Shown here: one piece after another, positions 48,352-61,959 of the stretch
How positions within the stretch are numbered: the stretch's first letter is position 1
Layout: each line of letters opens with the position of its first letter
Source of the DNA: Anthoceros angustus
Lineage: Eukaryota; Plantae; Anthocerotophyta
Direction: 5' to 3'
Length of the DNA stretch: 64,000 bases
Assembly (NCBI GenBank): GCA_010909165.1
Contig: MU008166.1
Coordinates: forward strand, 1,302,001-1,366,000
Translations under genes and position numbers: made by a program
Notes under the pieces: generated by a model
Seen by the model: the letters and a program-made list of their open reading frames with translations, nothing else
Databases searched by the model: none
What the model was told of the DNA's origin: nothing

Positions 48352-51300
48352 GTGCGCGCCCCACCGCCAAACCCTAATTTATGTTCACATTCTCAATCGT
48401 GCAACTTCAAACGCTTGTGTTTCGATCTCGGACAATAATGTCATCGCTGATAGATCGTAGGCGAGGATCGCAATCGCAAGAATTTGATCTGGGTTTGCCC
48501 TCATAGATCCGCCCATGCCGAACGCTCAGAATGCCGAATGTCCTGTGGGATCTTCACCGCTAGGGCTGTTTCTTGCTCATCGACTCACTTCTGTTTCGAT
48601 CCTTCGCTGTTGCTTTCTCCTTTTCTTCTCGTGGTCCCCGGATTGACTCAAACTCAAGATCGATGGGAGCGAAGTGCCATGAGTTAAATGAAGAAACGAC
48701 GCCTGACTTGATAGACCTTCCTACCGCTAACTCCTTTGCGAAAAACCGGATGCCCTCGCTTATGTGGTTTGGTTGTCAATTCTTCCTCATCGGGAAAACC
48801 TCATGCCGATATCCGCTGATCAATGAAAATGGTGCTCTTTGCTCGGTCGGCGATGGCGATGCAATTGCGCCTTCCAATAATGCCGCCAATATACCACCGC
48901 CTCCCGAGCACCCATCTATTACCCACTCTCCGTGAAAAGGTCATAACCATAAGCCATTGGTTTCTCGTAAGGTTTACAACATGTCCATCGCTTGACACAT
49001 TCAAGTTTCTTCACCAGTGTCAATGAAAGTGCATGGCTCCAATCTCTCGCCGCATCACAACAGACCGCATTTCCTCATATCTTCGATGTAGGGTGGACAC
49101 CATACCCTACCGTAAAGTATTCACCTCATATAGACCTTCATCCGCAATCAAATTATCTTTCTCCACACCATGGTATACACACCGCTGCACACCATTTACG
49201 CGCATTCAACGCCCCGCATCCGATCCGACCATGCATAAATACCACTCAAAGGTTTTGCAGATCACATCGCCATGAACCCATCCATGATTTTTTCATAATC
49301 TTCGATGTCATCTCCTCGATCCCGTGATTCTCACACATTCCTCTTGGCAAATCAACAACAGCTTTGTATTCCGCTTCCAAGATAGCCGCCATTTCGCGAA
49401 TATCCAGAATTACTTGGTACCGACTTCTTGCTTGCTTTTGGGACTTGGAACGTGATAGTTTAGCCATTGTCCTCCTCTCGCTAATTCTCTCCTCAAGGTC
49501 TTCCACCTCTTCCGCCTTGTCGTTGATATGCTCTTTGAAGCTATCTCGAATGACTTTTCTTTGTACTCTTCCCGCCCGCTTCAAAGTCTCGCGAGTACCA
49601 AAAAGCATTGTGAAATTTGACGTTGATGGGGATGCGCAAACAAGTGCGCACACCCTAATCCAGCATTCGATAGCAACGAGAATAACTTACGATGTGGTCA
49701 AAACCGTTGAAACTTTGCACATCATCCGCCGCCGAAAGTGTGGGTACTCTCTCAACCTCTCGCAAATGACGACACCGTAAACTCGAAAGTCGCTTGTATC
49801 ACATTTAACTTTTTGCCTTTATGATCCACATGCCGCCACGCTAACTCTCCTCGAATTACTTTCTCCAAGGTCGATAGCATAATACGCTCGCCTCCCGAGG
49901 TATTCTCGAACACCCGCCGCCGTCGATGCATTGGCTTTATAATAAGATTCGGATCTCGCACCGGGTTCGTGTTCGGCCGCCACGCTTGATTTTCCTCTTT
50001 CCCGCTTTGCTTTCCGCCCGTAGCTCACCTTTTTCCCAAAGGTCGAATACTTCATCCACCCTATCCTGCATATGCGCCGGACACTAGAATGTAGCATGCT
50101 AGCTCGTCTACCAACCACGATATCTTCACGGGCCTCATGGCATCATCACGCCGAGCATCTGCATGCATTGTATTTCCAATCCATAGTAATGTTGACGCCA
50201 TCCGCAGTCAAGCAATCTTCATCTCATCGTGGATGTATCAACTTGCTCGATGAAAGAAATGCATATAGTGACCGCCGCCATGGCCTTGCCTTAAGCTTGA
50301 TCAAGTCATCCACATTCTTTTTAATTGAGCTTAATCGTCATCAATCAAAACGTTGTCTTGGGTCCCCAGCAACTCATAATATTGCTTGGTCAGCGAGGAA
50401 TTTATTATTGTTTGGATGCTGTGCTCTATAATGTATTTAAAATTGGTGAATATAGATTATTTCTGCTAAAAATATATTCAACCTCGGTGGTTGCTCTCAA
50501 TATCCTAGGCAAATCAATTGTTAGGAGTTCTCGAGGTGGAACCGTTGCAAGGATGAGCAATTTTACCGACCACTTATTGTTTGATATGCTGGCTCCTTTA
50601 TATATGACCTTGAATACTAGATACTATACATGGATATTTGATATTTCCTTTCTAGCATCTTCAAATTGTTTTCTTGTGATAGGTACTATAAATGGATGTT
50701 TGATATTTCCTTTCCGGCACGTTCTAATTGTTTTCTTGTGGTAGCGATAATATATTTATATTTGGTATTTTCTTTTGTGGTATCTTTAAAATTTCTTTCA
50801 TCTTTTTCGTATTGGTCCATCTTAGTAACAAAATGGCATGGTTGTGCAACTTAATAATTAAGTCTCCTCACCTTGCCTTCTTAATGTACAACATGTCAAT
50901 TGGAGAACTAAACTACACCAAATCTTTGTAGGAATAGAAGTTGATGTGGGAAATAGTTACCACGTGATTAGACAAAGGCATTTGTTTCGTTCCTTGATGA
51001 ACTTGTGATGTGAACTAAGCAATGTCATGCCTAACACTTCAGCCCAAATGTGGTAACATGGTCATAGTTTTAACCTTATTAATGTTATGAATTGCGTGCT
51101 AAACTTACGTCAACTTAAGGCTGGCCTTGATTGCCACGAACCTTTATGTTGAAGCTCACGATGGCCTCCCAAACTGCTTCTTACTAAGGGCTGTCCATGG
51201 CATTCAAACCTTCATCAAAAGGAGCCATTCAGTATATCTAGTTTGGCAGAAATCTTTATCAAGGTGCCCAATACTGCAGGGCGCAAACGGCAATTAGGAG

Positions 51301-51700
51301 ATCCCATTACTTTAGTGTAGATGAGACCATCCAATTTGTACACTTTACATAAAGAACTACTGATCATATTGTGATTTCAAGGATGGATTCGACTATCAAA
51401 CTACGTAGGGCAGAAAACAAAACTAGACTTGTAGGATAAGAGGTTAGTCGTAGAGAAACTTTGCGTTCTGGAATAGCAGGGGTTTGACCTACTTTGGGCT
51501 TTTCTTGTAAATACATAAGCATTGGGATTCTCATCTTATCTCCATTTTCAAATTTCATGGCCAAAGAAAAACATTACTACAATAATATAAATTGAAGCAG
51601 TAGCACAACAAAAATTATGGCGTAACAAAGCAGAGAAAAAAAAGAGAATAAAATAAAAAAATAGAACCTCAAACAACAGCGGTAAAATAATAGATGAGAT
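48352..51700 (-). other. Unknown multi-exon gene or element, copy 2
   Basis: Duplicate of 35952-39300. Confidence 0.45.
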
Positions 51701-52408
51701 CGAACTTAGATTATAATTTGCCTTATATATGTAGTCTCAGGGAAAGGGAATACTACTAGTTTTCAAAATTATTTTCATTGATTATTTTGCGCAGGTGCCT
51801 ATCGACTTTTCTTGTGTTCATATGAAAGTTGTAGTTATTGCATATTACTTTTTCTTGTTTTTGTTTACTTGTAAATTTAGGGAAGGAGTTTCAGTAGTTA
51901 ATTAGTAACACGATTTAGTAATTAATGAGTAATAGATTGTAATTTGTTAGTAACTTAAGGACTTATGATGAACTTTTGTGTTGTTGGTGCTTAGATTATC
52001 CTCACCATGGTTACACCAAGCAAAGTCAAAGCATTCACGGCGGTTGGATTCTCGTGTACAAATTAGTGTAAAATTAAATGGTGGTCGATTTCCTTGCATG
52101 TACAAAACAATATGCTACATGTATGTCTATACATGTCTTGCATAATGGATCACAATGAGTAAATATATAGAGATATAGTTTAGAACCATAATGTTTTGCA
52201 AGTGTATGATTAGAAAGGAAGAAGTTTTAATGTTGTAAAGTGCAACATCAAGAGGCTATGATTATGTATGTCTATACAATTGCATAATGGATCACTATGA
52301 GTAAATGTATATAGATATAGTTTAGAATGCGCTTAGAGCTATGATTATTTGCAATTGTATGATTAGATTGCAAAAATCTTAATGTTGTAAAGTGCAACAC
52401 TGGAGGCT

Positions 52409-53190
52409 ATGATCACGTCTAGCAAAAAGCGCAACACGGGAAAAAGATCAAAAAGAACTCATTATCAAGGTCGGCAAGATGATGGAAATGGAGGTTCTAG
52501 AGAGGAAGTCGTGAAAGGACTAACCGCTAAGGATCATATGCAAGATGGAGGAGCTCAAGAAGCAGTTGCTAAAGCACTAGCTTCTAAGAATCATGAGCTA
52601 TCTGGGCTTATGTACAATCAAATTGAGCACGATCCACGATGGAGCAGATTGGTGCAGCTCATGGCAGTGGCGCTTGAAGGTTTTCCAAACAAGGATGATG
52701 AAGGTACACACTTGTAGCTTCTAACAATCATGAGTTATCAGAGCATAAGTACAATCAAATATGTAAGCTCATTTCATTGGTCCTTGATGGTTTTCCATTT
52801 TTCCAGACAAGAATGATGAAGGCACACACTCAGAAGGAAATCAGCCGTAGAGTCTGAAGTGATAAAGTTACAAAACTTGAACTTGAAAGGAGTTCAAGTC
52901 CCACTTCCCTGTGAAGTGCAACAAGAAGAAGTGAAAAGAGATGGAGTTTGCGTTCCGGGTGCAGTGCCACAAGCAGAAATGCGACAGAGGGAAGTATTGA
53001 GAGATAATATGAGAGATTGGGATGTGCATGAAGATGAAGTAGAAAGAGATGACGTTCATGTTCGGCGAAGTACTCGAGAAAAATGAGGCCGAGGAAGCCG
53101 AGAGAAAAATGAGAGATTGGGATCTCAACCTCATGTATGACCACAAGGTGGAAGAAAAGTGGAGTTTCCTATGATGAAGCGGAACAAGAG
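52409..53190 (+). pseudogene. Acidic repeat ORF, copy 2
   Basis: Duplicate of 39973-40751. Confidence 0.3.
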
Positions 53191-54456
53191 CTTTGAATGT
53201 ATAACATGCCTAGGTAAAGATTGTTGGCACATAGTTTGGCTAAGGGGTGGCAGTATCGCAAATACCAGTTTTTACTGATTTATCTCACTCTAGTGCTGTG
53301 GCAAATACGGCTTTTCACTAAATTTTCTATGGCTAATACCGCTTTTCATTGATCTTTCTCACTGTGAACATTCAGACACAGAGGTTTGCCTCCACTCAAA
53401 AAACTTGGGAAGGAAGAAGCTAGAGGAAGTTTTGGGGACCGTAATTAACCTCTAGAGTTTTTGAATAGGTTGATAGAGTCAAATATAGAGTTTAAGGTTT
53501 TTGGGATAGACTGCTAATTAAGATCTAGAATTTTAGCCTTAAGCTTGAGAGTTGCGGGCTTAGATCTAAAACACCCGAAACTATTTTGAGTGGCAGCGAG
53601 CCCGGATGGAACAATTTGTTTGATCTAGGAGTCTGGGCTGTTGTCGAATGTGAGCTGGTGAATCGATCAGGAGTTCAGTTGATTCAGCACCGCGGTTGTT
53701 AGCTGGGTGTGTGATGTGAAAGAGGAGACTTTCAGGAGCAAGGGCAAGAGCAAGCTGAAGGGGTGAGCCAGCCATTCTCCAGAGCAGACGGGGAAAATTT
53801 ACGGAACCAGTGCCAACAGCTCAGACTTCAAAAGTTAAAATGAGCCATTGCCCACACTCCAGAACCACATTGCTTTCATCAAATAAAGCTGCAAGAATCG
53901 GGTTACCGGAAAAACGATCGGCCTCAGCACAAGGCCCTTCCCAGGTTTAGCTGGGAATTATTGTGAACCCACAGGCTAGGCTCCAGCTCCCGAATGAAGA
54001 CGAGGAATGAGATGTGATGAGGAGGAAGAAGCTGCGCTAGACCTGACAGTTTCGGCAAAGCAAACCTGTTGAATGAGCTGCTCCTCCTGGACAAGCACAA
54101 GGAGGGCACTGTGCGACAATGACTGGGCGCAGCTCGCTCCTGCCAGCCCTGGCTATTGGGGTAATCGGTGCCCTAGAAGGAGTAGCTTCCGGTCGCAGAA
54201 CCAAGTGTTGAAGCACAACCAAGTGGGCAGTCGCCGCGATGGTGTACCTCAGCCAAGCTGTTCTGGAGCAGGTCTGGATGGAGGGGATCGTCTAGAGTGG
54301 GTCGTAGCCAGGAGGAGTTGTGGCGACTGTTTTTCGGAACCCGGCACTGTGGTGGGATTCCAGGCAAAGAAAGAAGAGTTTCCTTTCGCCTGATTTCCGG
54401 CACAGCCAGTCTCAGGAGGTCCTGTGGTCAAACAATTTCTACAAGCCAGCTTGGTG

Positions 54457-56279
54457 GATGGATGCGCAGCTTGCTGCTCTGGATGGGGGATGGTTTTGGG
54501 TCGTTTTGCCTCTCGCAGCAGGTCACTGGAAGTGGAAAATCCTGACACCCGCGGGCCTGCAGTTAAGAGAATGGGGCGTGACAGCTGAAACAGTGAGCAG
54601 GCTATGTCGGAGGCCATCTGGCCGAGGCCGTTGAGGCTTTGGAGGTTCTGGTGCGGACAGAGCGTGGTGTTTCTGGGTCCCTCTTTACACAGTCCTGAAG
54701 AAATACTTGCATGGGGAATAAGGATCTTCTTCCGGGTAGCCGCGTGCATGGTCTCATGGTGAAGAAGGGGTACCATTCTGACAGGTTCCTGGCTTTCCAC
54801 ATCCTGCGAATGTATGCTGCTTCTCATGGCAGGCTGCAGGAGGCCATGGATGTGTTGAAGCAGTTGCCAAACCGCATGCCTTCACGTGGTCTGCCATCAT
54901 TTCTGCTCATGTTAAACAGGGACAATACAAGAAGGCCATAGAACTGTATAATCGGATGCGGAGGTCAGGTGTGAAGTCAGATGGACGTGTGTTCGTGGCA
55001 GCACTCCAGGCTTGTGCGAGGGATTGGACTTGAGTTCTGGGCAGCAGGTGCATGCTGATGTGCTGACCAGTGAAGCTGAGCCTGATTTATGCGTTTCTAG
55101 CTGCTTGGTGGACATGTGTGCAAAATGCGGCACCTTGGATGGAATGTGGTGGTGTGGAACGCCATGATAGGCGGGTATTCCCAGCAGGGCATGGGGCGAG
55201 AAGCTCCTTTTCTGTACAATGCAATGTTGGAAGAAGGCATGGCTGTACCCGATGCTGTGACATTAGTGTGCCTCCTGCTGGCGTTGGAGGAGGGAAGCAG
55301 GTGCCTAGGCACATCACAGAGCGAGGCCATGAAGCTGATGTGTTCGTAGCTAACAGTTTGGTGAACATGTATGCAAATTAAAGTGTGGCAGCTTGGAGGA
55401 CGCTCACCGAGTGTTTGACGGCTTAGTGAGGAGACGTGGTAACGTGGAATGTCATGGTAGCAGGATATTCCGGGAGGGCTTGGGCCAGCATGCTTCGTTT
55501 GTACAGTGCTCTGCAAGAACAGGCCATGGATGTGCCGGATCCCATCACTTTCATGTGCCTCTTGCAGGCATGTTACAAGTGTGGGAACTGCAGCGTTGGG
55601 GATGAGGAAGCAGATTCATATGCAGATCAGAGAACGAGGCCATGAAGGCGGATATGCTTGTTGCCAACAGTTTGGTGAGCATGTATGCCAAGTGTGGCAG
55701 GCTGGAGGACGCCCACAGAGTGTTTGATGGGCTTGGTCAAAGGAACTTGGTGACTTGGAATGCCATGCATATGATAGCAGGGTATACGTAGGAGCAGGGA
55801 ATGGGGCAGGAGGCATTGCCCTCAGCCTGTACAGTGCTATGCTTGAAGAAGGCATGGCTGTGCCTGATTGTGTGACATTTGTGTGCCTCTTGCAGGCCTG
55901 TGCAAGTCTGGGCTCCCCTGCACTGGAGAGGGGAATGCAGCTTCATATGCAGATCAGTCAGGAAGGACATGAAGGTGATGTCTTTGTAGCCAGCAGTTTG
56001 ATTAACATGTATGCAAAGTGTGGCAGCTTGAAGGACACTCGGAGAGTGTTTAACGGACTTGGTCAGGAAAAATCGGTAACGTGGACTACGATGATAGCAG
56101 GGTATGGGGCAGGAAGCCCTTCATCGTTACAGTGCCATGCAAGAAGGAGGAATCGTTTCAGTAGAGCCTGTGATTTTTGCGTGCCTGCTGCAGGCATGTG
56201 CAAGTGTGGGCACACTGGCGTTGGAGAGGGACGGGAGCCCCTCAAAACAGCTGACACCTGTACCAAGGTGCTGAGGTGA
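54457..56279 (+). pseudogene. PLS-class PPR pseudogene, copy 2
   Basis: Same PPR motifs, e.g. ORF 55755-56279 (PDCVTFVCLLQACASLG..SSLINMYAKCGSLKDTRRVFNGL..VTWTTMIAGY); lesions shared with copy 1. Confidence 0.92.
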
Positions 56280-56872
56280 AACGGATCCGGGGACTCCAGA
56301 AATGATGGCTATGTGGTGTAAGCTGCAACTCACAAGGCTATGCATCGACAACCTACAGAACTCCGCCCATCATTTCCAACACAACAGAATATTTAAGGGA
56401 CCTCGGATCGCGCTGAGATTCACACCCCAAGCAGGTCAATGTATTTGAAATTTTAGTCTCAAGTAAATATTTAAATAATATATCAAATAGGTATGATAGG
56501 TAATGTACTTACGTAATTTTGCTTATCAGTCGCAGTGCAGCAGCCGTTTTGTTTGTAGCAATTGCTGCTGCAGGAATGACACAATGACACCCCTAGAGGT
56601 AGCAGTAGGTGGTTGTCGTGGGATGGGAGTTCCACATTTCCCCAGTGTTCAGCACATGGCGTGTTGCTAACCTTCTTACCACTTTCCTTAGGGTATGTGC
56701 TGTGTTGTTCAGCTGATGCTCATGCCCGGAGGGCTGCCACACTAATCACCAATTTTGCCCATCTGCTATGTGCCTCGCACGACAGCTGAGTCGTAACACA
56801 ATAAGTTAGTATCAAATGATATTATTAATAGAAATATTAATAGTTGTACATTCACTCTAACTATTTAGACAT

Positions 56873-59800
56873 TGTGAGTCTTATATCTTCAATCTCAATC
56901 TCGTCTCGAGTAACATCCCTGCTTCCACTCGAGCGGTGGGGCAAGGGGTGATGGCGGTGCAGTCTAAGGTGGGCCTGTCCCAGGGGTTGCGGGCTTGCTT
57001 TGTGGTGGGGCATCTGTGACTCTCTCGCGTTGAGCATGGGGTATTGGGGTTGATATCGTAGTGGGCGTGGGGTGGAAAAGGTGGCGGTGAGGACATGATC
57101 TAGGGTTTTTGGTGTGGCGGTTGTGGTGGGTGGTGTGGAGGAGGTCGCGGTTATTTTATTTTTGTTGAGTTTTTGAGCTCATGGCTTCTATTGTTTTTGG
57201 TGTGGCGGTTGTGGTGGGTGGTGTGGAGGAGGTCGCGGTTATTTTATTTTTGTTGAGTTTTTGAGCTCATGGCTTCTGTGTCGCTCGCGTAAAACAAATA
57301 TATATGTAGATATGGTCTCAATATTGGAGACTATTGTGGCGACTTTTGACGTGATCGACTAGCGCACAATCCCCATGTCGTTGTAGTAAAGTCGTTCCCA
57401 GAGAATGATAAGCTCCGTTTGCGGCGTTTGGATTCTCACCTTACTTTGCGTCCGCTCAACTTTAACACACGCAATCCGCTATGCGCTAACTACTCATAAC
57501 GTTCACGAACAGCCGTGCCAAACATTTAAGGACCCGTCCGTATCGCTCACACACGCCACTGCGCTTTAGTCCGCCTTCATCACTCTCACTACGCCATCAA
57601 CCTTGGAAAAGAACGCAGTGTTACACCCCCGACCTCCTCCTGCTCAACTGGCCTCCGGCCCCGCTTTGACGCCCCGAGTTCCTCCGCTCACTGCCTCGTC
57701 CCGGCCGGGCCGCCGCTTCGACGAACACGGTCCCCGCCGCCTTCCCCGCACACCACCACACGTTAGGGTCCGCCACTGTGACCTTGATCCCGAGCCGCTG
57801 CGGCTCGCCGCTGACTCGTGACTCACGTTAGCATGAAGACACACAAGCAAGAAAGAGCATCAACACCAAGAGAAGATGATTTATTCTGAGCCCTCACCTC
57901 TTATACTACGCCCAAGTCCCTTTATTACACACCCCTATTCGAGCCGGTGGCACCAAGACGCCCTAATCGGCCGCCTACCATCCTATTCCTCCTCCTATCT
58001 CCTTCCTTGGGCCTGGAAGGTCCTGGGTTCTGCCTCTTATTGGTGGTCCAATCTCCGCCTCCAGCTGGCGCGCAAGAATCGATGATCCGCGAGGCGGACC
58101 CTTCCTCTTCCCGAACTCGTTAGCACGGCGGCCCGACGACCGCACACAACGTTCCCCTCGCCCCGAGTGGTCCCTCCCAGGGCCACCGATCGCTCCCGCA
58201 GAAGCCTGAGGGACTCCTCCGCTTCGAGGACTCCGGGGTCCGGCCTCGACCGAGTCCGAACCGGAGTCTTTTATTTCCCGAGTCCCACCGCTGGTCCGGC
58301 CTCATCTTCGCCCGTGGGTCCGACCACACGGGTCCGTCCCCAAGCTCGACTTTATCCGCGGACCATACCGCTAGGCCTCATCCTACCCACCGACCCTTGT
58401 CTTGGTCGGGTTGGTTTTCTCCTTCCGCGCCCTTCGTGGCCCCCATCTCTATCCTCCCGGCAGTGCGGTGGACTTACCCCGAGGTCTGTATTGGCCCCCG
58501 CCTCCTCCCGAGGCTCTTCTCCTCACGCTTGCCTCCAAACAGGGGCCACTAGGGTCCCTGCTGTCCCCATGTCCTTCATCCCTTCCGAGCCTTCCGGGGT
58601 CCGTCTGCTTAGAAGGCGCCGAGAGGCTTCCAATGCCTTAAGGAGCTCTGGGTAGTAGGCAAAACCGAGTCAATTTGCCGGATTGCTCTTCCATGTGCCC
58701 GGAGCACCCGATACCCTTTCGCCATTGGTGCCCGGAGCCGAGCGCGTCCGTCCGCTGTCGACCATCTCCCTCGCCAGTTCGGTTAACCGGAGCCGGGCCG
58801 AATCGAGGCTGGCGACGCCATTACCTCTCCGCAATCAACTGCGCTGTTCGCCCGCCCAGCCCCTGCTGCTCACGCCGCCACCGCCATAACGCAGCCCCTT
58901 CCGCCTTCCTTAATCGACCAGCTTCTTTTCTGCCCCTGCTTCCGCCTCCCCTGCTCATCCCGCCTCTAGCTTATCTCCTCTCCATTTGCCAGCAACCGCC
59001 TCGATTAAGTGCTTCTTCCGTCCTTCCCATTTCGCGACGCCCCGCCCCTCGCTCCATCGCTTTACCTCCTCCGTTCGCCAACAGAGCCGAGCTTTATTCT
59101 CGCGTGATCCATGATCACCGCAGTTGCCATTCCGCTAATGGTAACTTGAGCCGCAGCCTGTGGTCTCCGCGGTCTTCCATCTCGCCGCTGTTGCTCCACC
59201 TCACTGCGAGTCCGTAGATCCTCCATCTCCTTGTCGCGGCTTCCTCGCATGGATGGCCCGCCGCCTCCGCCTCGCCTGGTTTCAGTTAGCCGCAATATCC
59301 TCGCTGCCTCCTCCACCGGCTATCACGCCGAGTGATCGCGCGGTTTTAGCCCGCCGCCTCGCTTTCACTGGCCGCCACCAGGCCGGCTCCAGGGGCCGCC
59401 CAGCCTGTGTCGCGAGCCTCTCGCTTGCGCCGCCTCCTCCGCCTCTCAGGCAGGTCTCACTCTGGGCCTCTCGCTTCAGCCACCCACTGAAGGAATTTAG
59501 TCCGGTCCCGCCGAATGGACGGACTCTCTTCGGCCTCCCGGCTTCCTTCGATGCGGCCGAGAGCTTCGCCTTCCTCCTGCCTCCCGGCCGCTTCCACTCC
59601 TGAGGAGCACCATGCGCCCTTGTGGCTTCCACCTCCGGGTCTTCTCGGCCCCGAGACCCTCAGAGCATACCGTCCATGACGTAGCTGTGACCCGCCGGTC
59701 TCTTCCACGGCCGCCATTGGTGAGGCCCCAAAAGTCCGTAGTGGGCGGGCATCTCACGGTCGCCAAGGACCTCCATACCGATGGGAGTCGGTGGGTTCTC

Positions 59801-61590
59801 GGACCTAATCGGGCCCTTAGGTCTGATGGTGAGTAGCTTCACCTCCTTGGCCCTCTTGGGCCAATTCCTTATTCGCCTCTTAGTCACAGGGCTCGGAGGG
59901 TGAGGGGTTCGGGCCCCCTCTCCCGGTCGGCAGGGGCCCAGCTCAGTGGGGTTCTTGCCCGGTGACCTCCCTCCTTGGCGGCGTCCTTCGCCCTTCTCGC
60001 CTCTTGACCTCTTGCCACTCCGTGGGCGGGGGCACCGTGGTCTGCGTTGGCGGTGGCACCGTCTTCGCCTCTTGATTGCCGGCGAGTTCGTCGGGGCTCC
60101 TCTTGGGTGGTGGTGTGGGTCGGGGCCGTCTCCTGGCCTTGCTGCTCCGTGAGGCACCAAGAGGAGGCGGGGATATCTTCCACACTTCCCTAGGTGGTGA
60201 GGGGTCCGTTCAGCGTATGAGTCAGTATCCTTCGATCGTCCTCCTCCGGACCCGTTTGGCCCTAGGGGGCCTCTACCTCGGCGCCTTGCCCGCTCCTTGG
60301 TAGGGCCGCCAGCCTTTCCGGGCGCCGCTCTACTCCCCATCCTTGAGTCGTAATGTCCCCATACATGGATCGGTATGGGGATAGTCAGCAGTGGCTTCGC
60401 TCCTCGACTTGGGCCTCTGGCTGAACTGGCGAAGATGATCCTTCCCGGTCGCCTCTTGCCCCTGCAGCGCATGCGGGAACACCAATAAATTATCACCAAG
60501 GTGATCCACCTTGGTGAGCAAGTTCCGATGGACAATGATCCTCCCTCACCCTTACATCCCGGGTCAGGCATCAACCGTTGGTTGTGCGTTCGGGCTTGAC
60601 GCCGCGCCCTTGCGCCTCTATCTTTCCCTCGCCTTGAGGGCTGGGACTCGCCCCCAACCTCCTCCGTTGGGCGGTTGTAAGCCGCCTCGGGACCTCAAGG
60701 TCCACCTCACAGGATCCTCCCGGAGGTTCTTGGACCGAACCTCCTTGTTGGCTTGCCAACATCTTGGCGAACTCCGGACGGTGACCTTGTCAAAGCGTCG
60801 AGAGACTGGAACGTCTAAGTGCCACTCTTGACCAATCCTCCCGCCTCCTCCGACCATGGCCCAAAAGTCCGGATAGCGGAGTTACAATGCGCTTACCAGT
60901 TCCATGGCTATACTCGCATTTTCTTAGGTCCCATCGCCTTCCTTTCTCTCTCCGCTGCCGATTGTCCGAGATCATGCGCCTTCGATGCCGTCACGCCCAA
61001 CCCCAACGGTGAGCCGCTGCACAAGATGCTCGAGCGTCGAGATAGCGCCGAGGGCGGTGAGCGCAGAGACGCGAATTGTCTCGAGGTCGCGAGAATGACC
61101 TCTCCTCGCCGGCCTAGAGTAATCACCAGGCGAGGGTGCCCTTCAGAATCGCCAGAGGGCCGCATGGCTTACTCGCCTTACGCCGCCGCTATCGCCTTAC
61201 GCCGCGCTCTTTACGCCGCCGACCGCTCTTTTCGCTGCCGCATCCCGCGGGCGTGAATACCTACTTATAACGGCCTGCGGCTGGCCTCTGGCTCAGATGC
61301 CCGACCTCCACTGTGGCCTCACGTGGCGCCGCTTAGTCGGATTACGACCATCCCTAAATTACTTCCTCGGCGACTTATCCTGTTTTGACCGGGGTCCTGA
61401 CGGTCCCGATACCCGGCAGCCTGTAGCTCGTCAGAGTGATACCGGGGTCCGTTATCCACCGAGTCCGGAGTACACTCGAGTTCAGTCTCGGAGCGTCGGC
61501 TATTCCTCCTTTCCGCTTTATTTTACTCTTCGGACCTACGAAAAAAACAAAACCCCACTTATTTCCTAACCCCCAAGGGAAGTCCGTAGC
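56873..61590 (-). mobile_element. Second Gypsy-like gag-protease-only LTR retroelement (3' LTR 56873-58099; 5' LTR not found)
   Basis: gag-like region at about 61000-59900; protease-like VTISGMATAVIMD..., followed by a GRPW-like remnant (59150-58790); PPT GGGAAGAGGAAGG (58112-58100); degenerate tRNA-Lys-like PBS GGCGCCACGTGAGGC (61330-61316). No RT, RNase H or integrase. Confidence 0.6.
57105..57277. repeat. Two near-perfect 88-bp tandem copies (G-rich/T-rich) inside the LTR
   Basis: GTTTTTGGTGTGGCGGTTGTGGTGGG...GAGCTCATGGCTTCT is repeated; a degraded equivalent lies at about 44610-44735. Confidence 0.85.
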
Positions 61591-61959
61591 CCACAACTAT
61601 ATTACGTAGTATTGAGGACAAATATGAAGACAACAGGGTATCTATATTCGAGACTAGAGTACGTAATATTGAGGCGGAGAATATTTCCTTAAGGGAAAAA
61701 TATTAGTCTCTTTTGGCTAAGCACCAATCTTTGGCATGAGACTCGGAGGACGAGGGGGATGAGGAGGGCCAAGAAGAGGAGGAGGATGAAGTCAATTCCG
61801 TAATGGATGATCTTATAGAGAAGAGATTTGATAGTCAGAATTATATCTGCAACAGGATCTTGATTCGGCAACCTCATGGGCTAAAGATTTTGAGGCGTCT
61901 TTCCAAGTAAAGTTTGATTCATTGCTTTTGCATGTCAATGCCTTGCAAATTCCTATTCT

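Larger units (their letters stand above)
45585..58109. repeat. Tandem segmental duplication, unit 2
   Basis: Same order as unit 1: Copia pol fragment, unknown gene, acidic ORF, PPR, LTR. Confidence 0.92.

Noticed and set aside
59480-59520. PFGGTGLNSF as a protease active-site motif
   Set aside because: It lacks the catalytic Asp and downstream protease features; a better candidate (AVIMD...) lies at about 59150-59100.
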